This document shows, piece after piece, positions 1 through 8,524 of a DNA stretch of 64,000 nucleotides; the stretch's first letter is position 1; each line of letters opens with the position of its first letter. The DNA is from a virus. The DNA is taken from IMG/VR virus record IMGVR_UViG_3300009657_000001, positions 1 to 64,000 of that record; one strand, written 5' to 3'. The translations under genes and the position numbers were made by a program. The notes under the pieces were generated by a model, which saw only the letters and a program-made list of their open reading frames with translations, did not search any database and was not told the DNA's origin.

Positions 1-1
1 A

Positions 2-1027
2 ATTGGGACTGTTGTTAAAAAGAACCTCATCGGACTCGAAGTTTTCGATAGAGAAGGTACAACCAAAGTTGTGGCTGTAGCTGATAATGGTAAAAAAGAA
101 GTATTTCGCGTTGAGCTATCAAATTCTAACTACATTGAAGCAACAGCAGATCATCAAATCCTCGTTGTTAAGGATTACTACCACAATAAAGCTTATCAAA
201 CTTTCGAATATATTCGTCTTGATGAGCTTGAAGTTGGTATGCGTTTGGTTCAACGCAATAATACAACTATTGAACTGAATAAAGTATCAGATGTAGAACT
301 TGCAGAAGCCTTTCTTGTGGGTTTTCTACAAGGGGACGGCTTTCAATCCCGTACGATGTATTCTTCACCAGTCATAGAGTTCATGACTGTTACTTCGGAA
401 GAACATACAGCCGTTATGTCAGCAATCGAGAAAGTATTCGTAGGTAAGCATTACAAAATTCGTGATGTTAAGGCTAAGAATAATAGATTGGAGGTAAAAC
501 GCATCCGTCTGTACGGAAAGCATTTGCTCCATTTTCTTGATAAGTATGCTCTACGAGAAAATCGTTGGGGTGTAAATTTACGTGTTCCTGCAAAAATTAT
601 GCAAGGCGGGTTTAACACAGTCCAACAATATTTGCGCGCACTGTTTCAAGCTGACGGTTCAGTCCGTAAGGGCTCTGTTTCGCTTAACGTGATTTCTCTT
701 GATCTCCTTCACGATGTTCAGAAACTATTGTTCAATTTTGGAATTTATTCCAGAATAAACGAAGGTGTGGCCAAGGGTAATAAACAAGCATATCATTCGT
801 TGTTTATTAAAAACAAAAGTGAACGTCAGAAATTCTTCGACAAAGTAGGATTCATTACGTCGGATAAAATCGAAAAACTTCAAGAAACTCTCAAATATCA
901 AGGTAAAGCAGTCCCTGATGTTAAGTTGGAGACAATTGTCGATATTAAGTCTCTTGGTAGAGAGCGAGTATACGATATTCAAACTGCCAGCGAAAATTAT
1001 CTTTCAAACAACGTTGTTGTTCACAAC
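2..1027 (+). mobile_element. Intein (N-terminus outside window) with LAGLIDADG homing endonuclease, inserted in nrdJ
   Basis: Block B is TADHQIL. The two LAGLIDADG motifs are FLVGFLQGDGF and LRALFQADGSV. Block F is RVYDIQT, block G is VVVHN, and the +1 residue is Cys (codon 1028-1030). Confidence 0.85.
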
Positions 1028-3823
1028 TGCTTCATTCAGTCGATTTCGGATCACCTGATTGCCAGTGGTGGTATCATGGACTTGGCCTACCGTGAAGCGG
1101 CGGTGTTTAAGTTTGGATCCGGTAGCGGTTCGAACTTCTCCAAGCTGCGTGCGAAAGGTGAAAAGCTATCGTCTGGTGGTATCTCATCCGGTCTTATGTC
1201 GTTCTTGAAGATCGGTGATACGTCCGCAGGGTCGATCAAGAGTGGTGGTACAACGCGTCGTGCAGCAAAGCTGATTGCAGTTGACGTTGATCATCCAGAG
1301 ATTGAAGATTACATCGCGCTCAAGGTACGCGAAGAAAACAAAGTTGCAGCACTTGTTACTGGGTCGATGTTGAATCGGCAGTATTTGTCTGTGATGCGGG
1401 ATGCCAAGACAGAAAACGAATTGAACATTGCGGGTGCAGAAGCGCTTGACGCAGGTGTACCTGGTGGGCTTGTACAGCGTGCCATGCAAGCTTGGTTGAG
1501 TGGTGTCAAGTTCGACGTTGAAACCTACGACGTTGATTGGCAGGGTGAAGCCTACGGCACAGTGACAGGTCAGAACGCGAACAATTCGGTTACCATTTCC
1601 GATGATTTCATGGCCGCGCTTGAAAAGGATGGTGATTGGAATCTGACCGCACGTACCGACGGTAGGGTCATGAAGACAGTCAAAGCGAAGAAGCTTTGGC
1701 AGGATATCGCCTTTGCAGCGTGGGCATCCGCTGATCCGGCTGTGCTGTACACGGATACCATGAACAAATGGAATACGTGTATCAATGACGAGCGTATTAT
1801 TGCGTGCAATCCGTGTGCAGAATATCACTGGTTCGATGATACCGCGTGTAATCTTGCATCGTTGAACATCGTTGCGATTTGGGAGCAGGCGAATAAGAAT
1901 GTCAAGAAGTTCATGGAACTTCTTGGCTTCTATGCACGCTTGTTTACGACCGTGCTCGATATCTCGATTCAGATGGCACAGTTTGTCTCGCACGCGATTG
2001 CAGAAAAGACACATATCTATCGTACCACTGGTCTTGGATACGCGAACATTGGTTCGTTCTTGATGCGCCAAGGTCTTGCATATGGTAGTGACGAAGGCAA
2101 CGCTGTGATTGCTGGTATTACCTCGATCATGACGGCAAATGCATACCTTCAATCACATCGCATTGCGAAGGAACTAGGGTCGTTCCCGGCGTACGAGCGC
2201 AATAAGGATGCTTTCACAGAAGTGATGATACTCCATCGGAGTGCAAATTATAAATGCTTGCTGGAATCACCGCGTTCGCTTCTTGGTGAAACACTGCTGA
2301 ACAACGCACAGAATATTTGGGCCGATGTTGTCAATGCACAAGGTTTCCGCAACGCTCAAACGGTTGTGATTGCACCAACAGGTACGATCTCGTTGATCAT
2401 GGATACGGATACAACGGGCATCGAACCAGATTTCTCCCTTGTGAAGCATAAGAAGCTCGCAGGTGGTGGTTATCTCAAGCTCATCAACCAGGCCGTTCCG
2501 GAAGCACTGTTGAACCTTGGCTATTCGCAAGAAGAAACCGATGCAACGGTTGCCTTTATCTCTGGGGCACAAACATTCCCACACATCAATTCGCTTGATC
2601 CGTTGACTGCACGCGTGTTCACGGAAAAGGCATTGATGCAGCATATTACAAACGAAGACCTGTTGAACTTTGGGGTGTCGCAAACGATCATCGACAATTT
2701 GGACTTCAGCAACTTCTATGATCTTGATAGCATTCTCAACCATCTGCAAACCGAATCGCAGGTTGATTTGAGTGTGTTGCGTGTTCAGGATGAGAAGTTC
2801 TTCAACACACAGACGTTTATCTTCGGTTTTGGTAACATCGACGACTGCGCAATCATCAAAGATCACCACAAGCCGATCTTTGCATGTGCGGTTTCAGCAA
2901 AACCCGATGGTCTTGTGATCGACCCCATGTCACACTTGAAGGCGATGGCATCTGCACAACCGTTTGTCTCTGGGGCAATCTCGAAAACGATCAACATGCC
3001 AAATTCGGCAACAGTGCAAGACATTGCTGATATCTATCTGTGGGCGCACAAGAATGGCCTGAAGGCTGTTTCTGTGTACCGTGATGGCTCGAAGCTGTCG
3101 CAGCCTCTGATGGCGTCGGTTGCTGAAAAACTTACCAAGGTGATCAAGGCAATTGAACCCGCCGCAGAAATCAAACAAGAACGTGTTGAAAACGTGATCA
3201 ATCTGATTGCAACACGACATGTTCGTCGTCGTCTTCCCAACAAGCGTCGTGGTTACACACAGAAAGCAACGATTGCAGGGCACAATCTTTATATTCGCAC
3301 GGGTGAATACGAAGATGGTACGTTGGGTGAAATCTTCCTTGATATGCACAAGGAAGGTGCCGCTTTCCGTGCCGTGATGCACAGCTTTGCAATCGCTGTG
3401 TCCATCGGTTTGCAATACGGCGTGCCGCTGGAAGAGTTCTGCGATGCCTTCGTTGGAACGCGCTTTGAACCAGCTGGTTTTGTCAAGGGCCACGACAACA
3501 TTCGAATGGGTAAGTCTCTCATCGACTACGTGTTCCGTGACATTGGGTTTAACTACCTGAATCGACACGAATACGTAGAAGAAAAGCCCAAACAGGATGA
3601 AGATGTAACGGATCGTGTTCTGGAACTGGCAAGCGTTAATTCTGTTACAACGGTTGATAAAAAGAGTGATGGTGGTGTTGTTATTCGGCATATTCCCGTC
3701 GCAGTGAAAGCCTCATCGATTTACACAGGTGATACGTGCAGTTCATGTGGTAGCACACGAATGAAATCGACAGGCACATGCGCGACATGTGAAGAATGCG
3801 GGACTACCTCGGGGTGCAGCTGA
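2..3823 (+). CDS. nrdJ: Ribonucleotide reductase, class II (NrdJ-like), 5' end outside the window, interrupted by an intein
   Basis: Frame 2 is open from the window edge, so the GTG at 71 in the ORF track is internal. After the intein the extein reads CFIQSI...SGGTTRRAAK...DHPEIEDYI...ACNPCAEY (thiyl-radical Cys loop). It ends in a Cys-rich redox tail, CSSCGS...CATCEECG. Confidence 0.8.
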   Translation: MGTVVKKNLIGLEVFDREGTTKVVAVADNGKKEVFRVELSNSNYIEATADHQILVVKDYYHNKAYQTFEYIRLDELEVGMRLVQRNNTTIELNKVSDVELAEAFLVGFLQGDGFQSRTMYSSPVIEFMTVTSEEHTAVMSAIEKVFVGKHYKIRDVKAKNNRLEVKRIRLYGKHLLHFLDKYALRENRWGVNLRVPAKIMQGGFNTVQQYLRALFQADGSVRKGSVSLNVISLDLLHDVQKLLFNFGIYSRINEGVAKGNKQAYHSLFIKNKSERQKFFDKVGFITSDKIEKLQETLKYQGKAVPDVKLETIVDIKSLGRERVYDIQTASENYLSNNVVVHNCFIQSISDHLIASGGIMDLAYREAAVFKFGSGSGSNFSKLRAKGEKLSSGGISSGLMSFLKIGDTSAGSIKSGGTTRRAAKLIAVDVDHPEIEDYIALKVREENKVAALVTGSMLNRQYLSVMRDAKTENELNIAGAEALDAGVPGGLVQRAMQAWLSGVKFDVETYDVDWQGEAYGTVTGQNANNSVTISDDFMAALEKDGDWNLTARTDGRVMKTVKAKKLWQDIAFAAWASADPAVLYTDTMNKWNTCINDERIIACNPCAEYHWFDDTACNLASLNIVAIWEQANKNVKKFMELLGFYARLFTTVLDISIQMAQFVSHAIAEKTHIYRTTGLGYANIGSFLMRQGLAYGSDEGNAVIAGITSIMTANAYLQSHRIAKELGSFPAYERNKDAFTEVMILHRSANYKCLLESPRSLLGETLLNNAQNIWADVVNAQGFRNAQTVVIAPTGTISLIMDTDTTGIEPDFSLVKHKKLAGGGYLKLINQAVPEALLNLGYSQEETDATVAFISGAQTFPHINSLDPLTARVFTEKALMQHITNEDLLNFGVSQTIIDNLDFSNFYDLDSILNHLQTESQVDLSVLRVQDEKFFNTQTFIFGFGNIDDCAIIKDHHKPIFACAVSAKPDGLVIDPMSHLKAMASAQPFVSGAISKTINMPNSATVQDIADIYLWAHKNGLKAVSVYRDGSKLSQPLMASVAEKLTKVIKAIEPAAEIKQERVENVINLIATRHVRRRLPNKRRGYTQKATIAGHNLYIRTGEYEDGTLGEIFLDMHKEGAAFRAVMHSFAIAVSIGLQYGVPLEEFCDAFVGTRFEPAGFVKGHDNIRMGKSLIDYVFRDIGFNYLNRHEYVEEKPKQDEDVTDRVLELASVNSVTTVDKKSDGGVVIRHIPVAVKASSIYTGDTCSSCGSTRMKSTGTCATCEECGTTSGCS

Positions 3824-3897
3824 TAACTATGCACTAAATGTGCCTCTACAATTTACTTCATAGAAACGTTAATTCTCCTGTGTCCAGGAGAGAAAAA

Positions 3898-4914
3898 ATG
3901 AGAAGTGAAGTTGTAAACGAAGCACAAAAATTGCTAAGCGAAATACGACCCCAGATAAAAATTGTGGGGTCGTACAATGGTCAGCAGAAGCGAGTAAAAC
4001 TCGCGTGCACAATACATCATGTAACTTGGACAGGACAGGTAGAAGATTTTCTAGGTTCTAGACCTAGAAATTGTCCACTTTGTTATGTTAAACTAACACC
4101 TTTCAACGCCAAAACGTATGCGGCAAAACTCAAATTTGTCAACCCATGCATAGAAGTCTTAGAGCCTGTTATAAATGCATCAACGCCGATCAAGCACAGA
4201 TGCAAAATATGCTCAACAGAGTATGATTGGTATCCTAGCCATACAATTCGTTCAAAAAATCCTGCACAATGTGGGGTGTGTAATGGTACGCGATATTCAT
4301 ATATCGGAGAGCGCTTTGGTAAGCTAACAGTTATCAAGCAATACAAGCATCGAAATTCTCAAAATGAAATCCAATGGTTTTGTCAGTGTGACTGCGGAAA
4401 TACGCATTACACGGCATCAAGAAACTTAATTGACGGTTCGACCAAGTCATGCGGTTGTCTAAATCATGTACCAAAGCATGATATGCACACAACTGATGAA
4501 TACAAAATTCTGCAAGGGCTTCTTAGTCGATGCTACACAAAAACAAATAAAGCGTATCATCGTTATGGTGGTCGCGGTATTCGCGTTTGTAAGCGTTGGC
4601 GTCAGGGTGAAAACGGATTGACTGGAATTGAATGCTTTATTCAAGACATGGGTAAACGCCCAAGCAAGAAGCATTCAATTGATCGTAAAAATAATGATGG
4701 ACATTATACGCCTAAAAATTGCCGTTGGGTAACAAAGAAAGAACAAGACAGAAATACACGGCGAACAATTTGGGTAACATATAAAGGTAAACAAATGAGT
4801 TTGCCGGATGCAATAGAGAAAAGCAATAATTCTATGCACCCAACTGATTATCAAAGAATTCGAACGCGTATAAAAAATCAGAACATGACATTCGAAGAAG
4901 CCATTTCATTCTAA
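3898..4914 (+). CDS. Free-standing homing-endonuclease-like protein (two zinc-ribbon repeats plus an HNH-like SIDR...NCRW C-terminal module)
   Basis: ATG at 3898 follows the RBS AGGAGAG. Repeats are of the form H-x-C-x2-C...C-P/G-x-C. The central region reads CQCDCG...SCGC, and the C-terminus reads HSIDRKNNDGHYTPKNCRWVTKKEQ. The gene is AT-rich compared with its neighbours. Confidence 0.55.
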   Translation: MRSEVVNEAQKLLSEIRPQIKIVGSYNGQQKRVKLACTIHHVTWTGQVEDFLGSRPRNCPLCYVKLTPFNAKTYAAKLKFVNPCIEVLEPVINASTPIKHRCKICSTEYDWYPSHTIRSKNPAQCGVCNGTRYSYIGERFGKLTVIKQYKHRNSQNEIQWFCQCDCGNTHYTASRNLIDGSTKSCGCLNHVPKHDMHTTDEYKILQGLLSRCYTKTNKAYHRYGGRGIRVCKRWRQGENGLTGIECFIQDMGKRPSKKHSIDRKNNDGHYTPKNCRWVTKKEQDRNTRRTIWVTYKGKQMSLPDAIEKSNNSMHPTDYQRIRTRIKNQNMTFEEAISF

Positions 4915-4944
4915 AATGAAAGTCATAGAGGATGCGGACTAACA

Positions 4945-5583
4945 ATGCCAAACGTATGTAAAGCTGCGACAGCGAAGTCAGCGCTCGAACCATATTTCAA
5001 AGAAACAGATAAAGTCGCAATCCTGATTGATGGGTATGCGACTGGACTATCAGCGCAAGCAATCAATCTCAAAATCGATTGGAAGCGCCTCGGAAGTTTG
5101 TTTCGTTATTTGTCTCGCGTTTCGTTTATGAATTTCTATCTGTCGGCGGCACCCGGTAAAGAAGATGAGACAAAACCACTCATTGACTGGTTGTCGCACA
5201 ACGGATACAAAGTAACGGTAAAACCGGGGACTGTTTACACAGAAACAGGAATCCCCGGTATTGATGCCAAAAAAGCATACAAAACGGGTTACGATGTTGA
5301 CCTTGCATCGGATGCTTTGTTGCTGGCCGAACGCGTTGACAAAGTAATCTTGTTTTCATCGAACATCGATTTCTGCCCGTTAGTTGAAGCGTTGCAAGTT
5401 CGAGGTGTTCCGACAACGCTGATTACCAATTCTGTTGGCTACACAAAACAGATGCGGGAAGAAGGTAAGATCAAGACAACCGGAACAATTGGTGTACAGT
5501 TGATCCGTGCCGCGAACGAATTCTTTGAGTTGGATGAACTTCGATCTGAAATTGAAGCGACACCATCCGGTCGAGACGCATAA
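4945..5583 (+). CDS. NYN/LabA-like (PIN-fold) putative ribonuclease
   Basis: Motifs are VAILIDGYA and DVDLASDALLLAERVDKVILFSSNIDFCPLVEALQVRGVPTTLI. These match the conserved acidic positions of the LabA/NYN domain. Confidence 0.6.
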   Translation: MPNVCKAATAKSALEPYFKETDKVAILIDGYATGLSAQAINLKIDWKRLGSLFRYLSRVSFMNFYLSAAPGKEDETKPLIDWLSHNGYKVTVKPGTVYTETGIPGIDAKKAYKTGYDVDLASDALLLAERVDKVILFSSNIDFCPLVEALQVRGVPTTLITNSVGYTKQMREEGKIKTTGTIGVQLIRAANEFFELDELRSEIEATPSGRDA

Positions 5584-5597
5584 TTTATGGGACTACA

Positions 5598-5846
5598 ATG
5601 AGATCGCACTTAGATGAAGTTGAACAACGCGCTTTACTCTGGTTATACGCTCAAAGTAGTCCTGTGTATGGCTTCAAGCCTCGTGATCCGGATATCTCAA
5701 CCATTCGCAAGCTTATTAAGAAGCGATTGGCTCGTGTGGCAAAAATTATAGAGCATCCACGAAACAAAGGTTTACACGTATCGTGTTTTACCTTGACACG
5801 TAAAGGGAAGCGCTATTCACACAAATTGTCCGACAAGATATCCTGA
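5598..5846 (+). CDS. Hypothetical small protein, possibly winged-helix
   Basis: 82-aa ORF close to the upstream gene. It is basic and ends in a TLTRKGKRY-type wing-like segment. Confidence 0.45.
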   Translation: MRSHLDEVEQRALLWLYAQSSPVYGFKPRDPDISTIRKLIKKRLARVAKIIEHPRNKGLHVSCFTLTRKGKRYSHKLSDKIS

Positions 5847-5900
5847 AAATACCTAATTCTATCTTATTCAGCCTGAAAATGCACCCAGAAAGGAAACAAG

Positions 5901-6584
5901 ATGTTTACCAATGATGTAACGGCTATCAATCCTTTGACACCCGTCGATGATACTGGTGGCCAGCTGTTGCAGTTTACGTTTCCGCGTAATCAAGCAACCT
6001 ACGAAGACGTTGTGAAGCAATTTGGTGGTTCGACCAAGATCGATGCGCTGACTGTTACCGCAACCTACACTGACGTGTATCTGGAATCGGCATCGGATTC
6101 TGAAGTTGTTCTGCGTGTGTCAGGTGTTGAGAATGAAATTGGTCTTGGTAAGATCAAGGCAGGCAAGCGCGACAAAGCCGACGTTGCCCAGATTGATGAT
6201 CTGACCAAAGCGCGTGATCGTGCTGTTGCAGACTACGATTCGTTGAAGTCAGCACATGACACGCTGCAAGACGATAATAAAAAGCTCAAAGATGATAAAG
6301 AGCTTATGCAGATGGAGCTTGATGACCTGAAGCAGCAACTGAGCGAAGCACAGGCTCAGTTGGCGGCACAATCCAGCAACACTCAAACCTCTGGAGATGC
6401 CAACATGGCAAACACAAACACCGATGTTGTGAACAACAGCACGAATGCAAATGCGCCCGCGGCCCCGGCAAATCCGGCTGAAAGCACGGATGCAAAGACC
6501 ACGCCGACGGATGCACCTGTTGATGGTGAACAGCCGACCGCTCCGGCCGCAGAAGAAACCAACACGCCCAAGCCCAAGAAGTAA
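5901..6584 (+). CDS. Hypothetical protein with a central coiled coil and a low-complexity A/P/T/N tail
   Basis: RBS GAAAGGAAAC lies upstream. The coiled-coil segment reads KKLKDDKELMQMELDDLKQQLSEAQAQL. The tail reads NANAPAAPANPAEST...TNTPKPKK. Confidence 0.6.
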   Translation: MFTNDVTAINPLTPVDDTGGQLLQFTFPRNQATYEDVVKQFGGSTKIDALTVTATYTDVYLESASDSEVVLRVSGVENEIGLGKIKAGKRDKADVAQIDDLTKARDRAVADYDSLKSAHDTLQDDNKKLKDDKELMQMELDDLKQQLSEAQAQLAAQSSNTQTSGDANMANTNTDVVNNSTNANAPAAPANPAESTDAKTTPTDAPVDGEQPTAPAAEETNTPKPKK

Positions 6585-6608
6585 ACCTTTCTTAGAGAGG
6601 AACAACAC

Positions 6609-6983
6609 ATGTTGAGTTTGTTCCCTATCGAGTATTGGATACTTCTCTTTGTTGTAGCGCTGACCAGGGTTATCTCTGGTCAGCTAATACATTGGAGATT
6701 GGCAACGCTAAAATCGGAAGCCAAGTACAAGAAGATCATACAAACCGTTTCATCAAAACAATTTAGAGCGTACCTACGATTTAACGGTATTACCCACATT
6801 TTGTTTATCGCCGGGTTGGCATTTATGTGGTATATGACTTATACGTACGTTGTTCCAATAACTTATGAGTCGGCACGCATTCTACGATTCGTACAGTTCA
6901 CAGGGAATTTTCTCATCGCTGCTGAGCTTGGAAATGCAATCATTTCAATTGTGTTGGCGATTTATCTGCTTCGACAGAAATAG
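6609..6983 (+). CDS. Small integral membrane protein
   Basis: Three to four hydrophobic segments are visible (ILLFVVALTRVI, ILFIAGLAFMWY, FLIAAELGNAIISIVLAIYLL). Confidence 0.6.
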   Translation: MLSLFPIEYWILLFVVALTRVISGQLIHWRLATLKSEAKYKKIIQTVSSKQFRAYLRFNGITHILFIAGLAFMWYMTYTYVVPITYESARILRFVQFTGNFLIAAELGNAIISIVLAIYLLRQK

Positions 6984-7025
6984 AAATAGCCTAGTGTCAA
7001 AGAAAGGGCACTAGGCTATTTTTGT
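6984..7025 (+). terminator. Rho-independent terminator
   Basis: A 13-bp stem pairs AAATAGCCTAGTG with CACTAGGCTATTT and is followed by a T-rich run. It lies directly after the stop codon at 6983. Confidence 0.75.
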
Positions 7026-7032
7026 ATCTGGA

Positions 7033-7044
7033 CCGTAAAGTATA
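7033..7044 (+). promoter_or_regulatory. Phage promoter-like motif CCGTAAAGTATA
   Basis: One copy of the recurring intergenic motif, ending 27 nt upstream of the ATG at 7071. Confidence 0.5.
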
Positions 7045-7070
7045 CACGAGCAAGTAGAATAGAGGCAACA

Positions 7071-7706
7071 ATGAATAACGAAACGACAATCATTTTTATC
7101 AACGGTGTTCCTGGTTCTGGTAAGGACGAATTTATCAATCAACTCAAGCAATTTCATGGTAACGGTGTTCAGACGATTTCTGCTATTCATTGCATCGAAA
7201 AGCTCCTTGGCATTCCAAGTTCGGACAAGAGTCCCGAAGCGCGTCGTGTGAAAGCGGATGTTGGAACATCGCTTGAAATCTACAACCACTACAAATCAAA
7301 GAACACAGCGCTTGCTGCACTCAATTTGATTGAGATTCAAACTCCAACGCTCTTGTTTGTACACGCGCGCGATGTGTTGGTAATCAATCGCATTGAAGAC
7401 TACATGCGACAGTTTGCGCGACAAGATTTGAAGTTGAATTTCATGCGCGTCATTATGCATCGTCCGCAAATGATGAAACCTGCCAGTGAGTATAGCAATG
7501 AACCGGATCGTGAAGCGTTGGAGCTCACACGTCAGTTTCTCCGTTATGACTACGTACAGCTTGTACCAACAATGATGTATAGTGTCGTACATGGTCGAAG
7601 CCATATCTTGATTGATAACTCACACGCAACGCTTGATCCGTTGATCGCAACCAGTGTTGAATTCTTGGGCGTCTTGAACAATTTGTTCAAAAGCGAGGCT
7701 GCATGA
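7071..7706 (+). CDS. P-loop kinase, dNMP-kinase-like
   Basis: The Walker A motif is INGVPGSGKDEF, of the SGKD type seen in phage deoxynucleotide monophosphate kinases. The gene sits in a nucleotide-metabolism cluster. Confidence 0.5.
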   Translation: MNNETTIIFINGVPGSGKDEFINQLKQFHGNGVQTISAIHCIEKLLGIPSSDKSPEARRVKADVGTSLEIYNHYKSKNTALAALNLIEIQTPTLLFVHARDVLVINRIEDYMRQFARQDLKLNFMRVIMHRPQMMKPASEYSNEPDREALELTRQFLRYDYVQLVPTMMYSVVHGRSHILIDNSHATLDPLIATSVEFLGVLNNLFKSEAA

Positions 7707-8347
7707 TTTCTGGTTATCTCACGTACAGCAGTGATTCAAACATTGATTACTATGGTGCGATTGGTTTGAAGAAACACGCACCTGTTGGTGAGATCAAACG
7801 ACGGATCGCAATCCTCTTTAAAGCGGCACATCCAGACAATGGTGGCTCACAGCAACGTCTTGCTCAAGTGCTGGAGATCAAAGAGATTCTTCTTAATCCT
7901 ATGAATCGTGAAATCTACGATAAGACGGGGATGACAAAACACGACATTGAAAAGGTTGCTGCTGAATTTACCAACAACATGATTGTCTTGTATGCACAAG
8001 GCATCGACAACGAAGCGGACATGCACCAAGTCCTGTATAACACGTACAATGATTCGTTGACTGGAAAACAAAACGAATTGAAGGACTTGAAAAAGAAGAT
8101 TGCCAATGTTGAAAAGCTGCTCGACGAAATTGAAGCAGACAATATTCTAACCAACATGATCTTCACGCAAATGTCTGCGGCGAAACGAGAGCTTGATGCT
8201 GGTAAAATCATGCTTGATACAGCGATTAAGAGCCTCACAGGTAAATTGGTCTTGTGTCGTATGATCAAGCTCAAAACAAAAATGAAGGCTGTGCAACAAT
8301 TTCGGTGGTCAAACACCACGTCATCATCGACGAACGCACGGTGGTAA
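7703..8347 (+). CDS. J-domain (DnaJ-like) protein with a coiled-coil C-terminus
   Basis: The J-domain reads DYYGAIGL...IKRRIAILFKAAHPDNGG and includes the HPD tripeptide. The start forms an ATGA overlap with the upstream stop. Confidence 0.75.
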   Translation: MISGYLTYSSDSNIDYYGAIGLKKHAPVGEIKRRIAILFKAAHPDNGGSQQRLAQVLEIKEILLNPMNREIYDKTGMTKHDIEKVAAEFTNNMIVLYAQGIDNEADMHQVLYNTYNDSLTGKQNELKDLKKKIANVEKLLDEIEADNILTNMIFTQMSAAKRELDAGKIMLDTAIKSLTGKLVLCRMIKLKTKMKAVQQFRWSNTTSSSTNARW

Positions 8348-8436
8348 AGATCAAATTCTACAAAGCACTAATTCTTCAGTGTATCTGGATAAGGTTCCTT
8401 GTTCCGATACTGCCTTCCTTCTTATTTCTCCTCTTT

Positions 8437-8470
8437 GGGGCGTCGGTCTTCGGACTTACGCCCCTTTTTT
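8437..8470 (+). terminator. Rho-independent terminator
   Basis: Stem GGGGCG pairs with CGCCCC and is followed by TTTTTT. Confidence 0.7.
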
Positions 8471-8484
8471 ACCAGTTCAGACAA

Positions 8485-8496
8485 CGGTAAAGTATA
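8485..8496 (+). promoter_or_regulatory. Phage promoter-like motif CGGTAAAGTATA
   Basis: Copy of the recurring motif, ending 29 nt upstream of the ATG at 8525. Confidence 0.5.
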
Positions 8497-8524
8497 GGTG
8501 ATCTATAACAAGGAAGGTCAGAAC

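Noticed and set aside
1184-2152. Long minus-strand ORFs inside nrdJ. Comparable minus-strand ORFs occur elsewhere, for example 2267-2869, 2930-3691, 20583-21008, 34933-35505, 45634-46413 and 46855-47700.
   Set aside because: They lie fully antisense to + strand genes with clear conserved motifs. Their compositions are Cys/Arg/His-rich and unlike real proteins, and they lack ribosome-binding sites. I treat them as shadow ORFs.
8254-8490. A 78-aa + strand ORF between the J-domain gene and thyA.
   Set aside because: It overlaps the end of the J-domain gene and runs through the 8437-8470 terminator and the promoter motif. Its hydrophobic low-complexity sequence is probably fortuitous.
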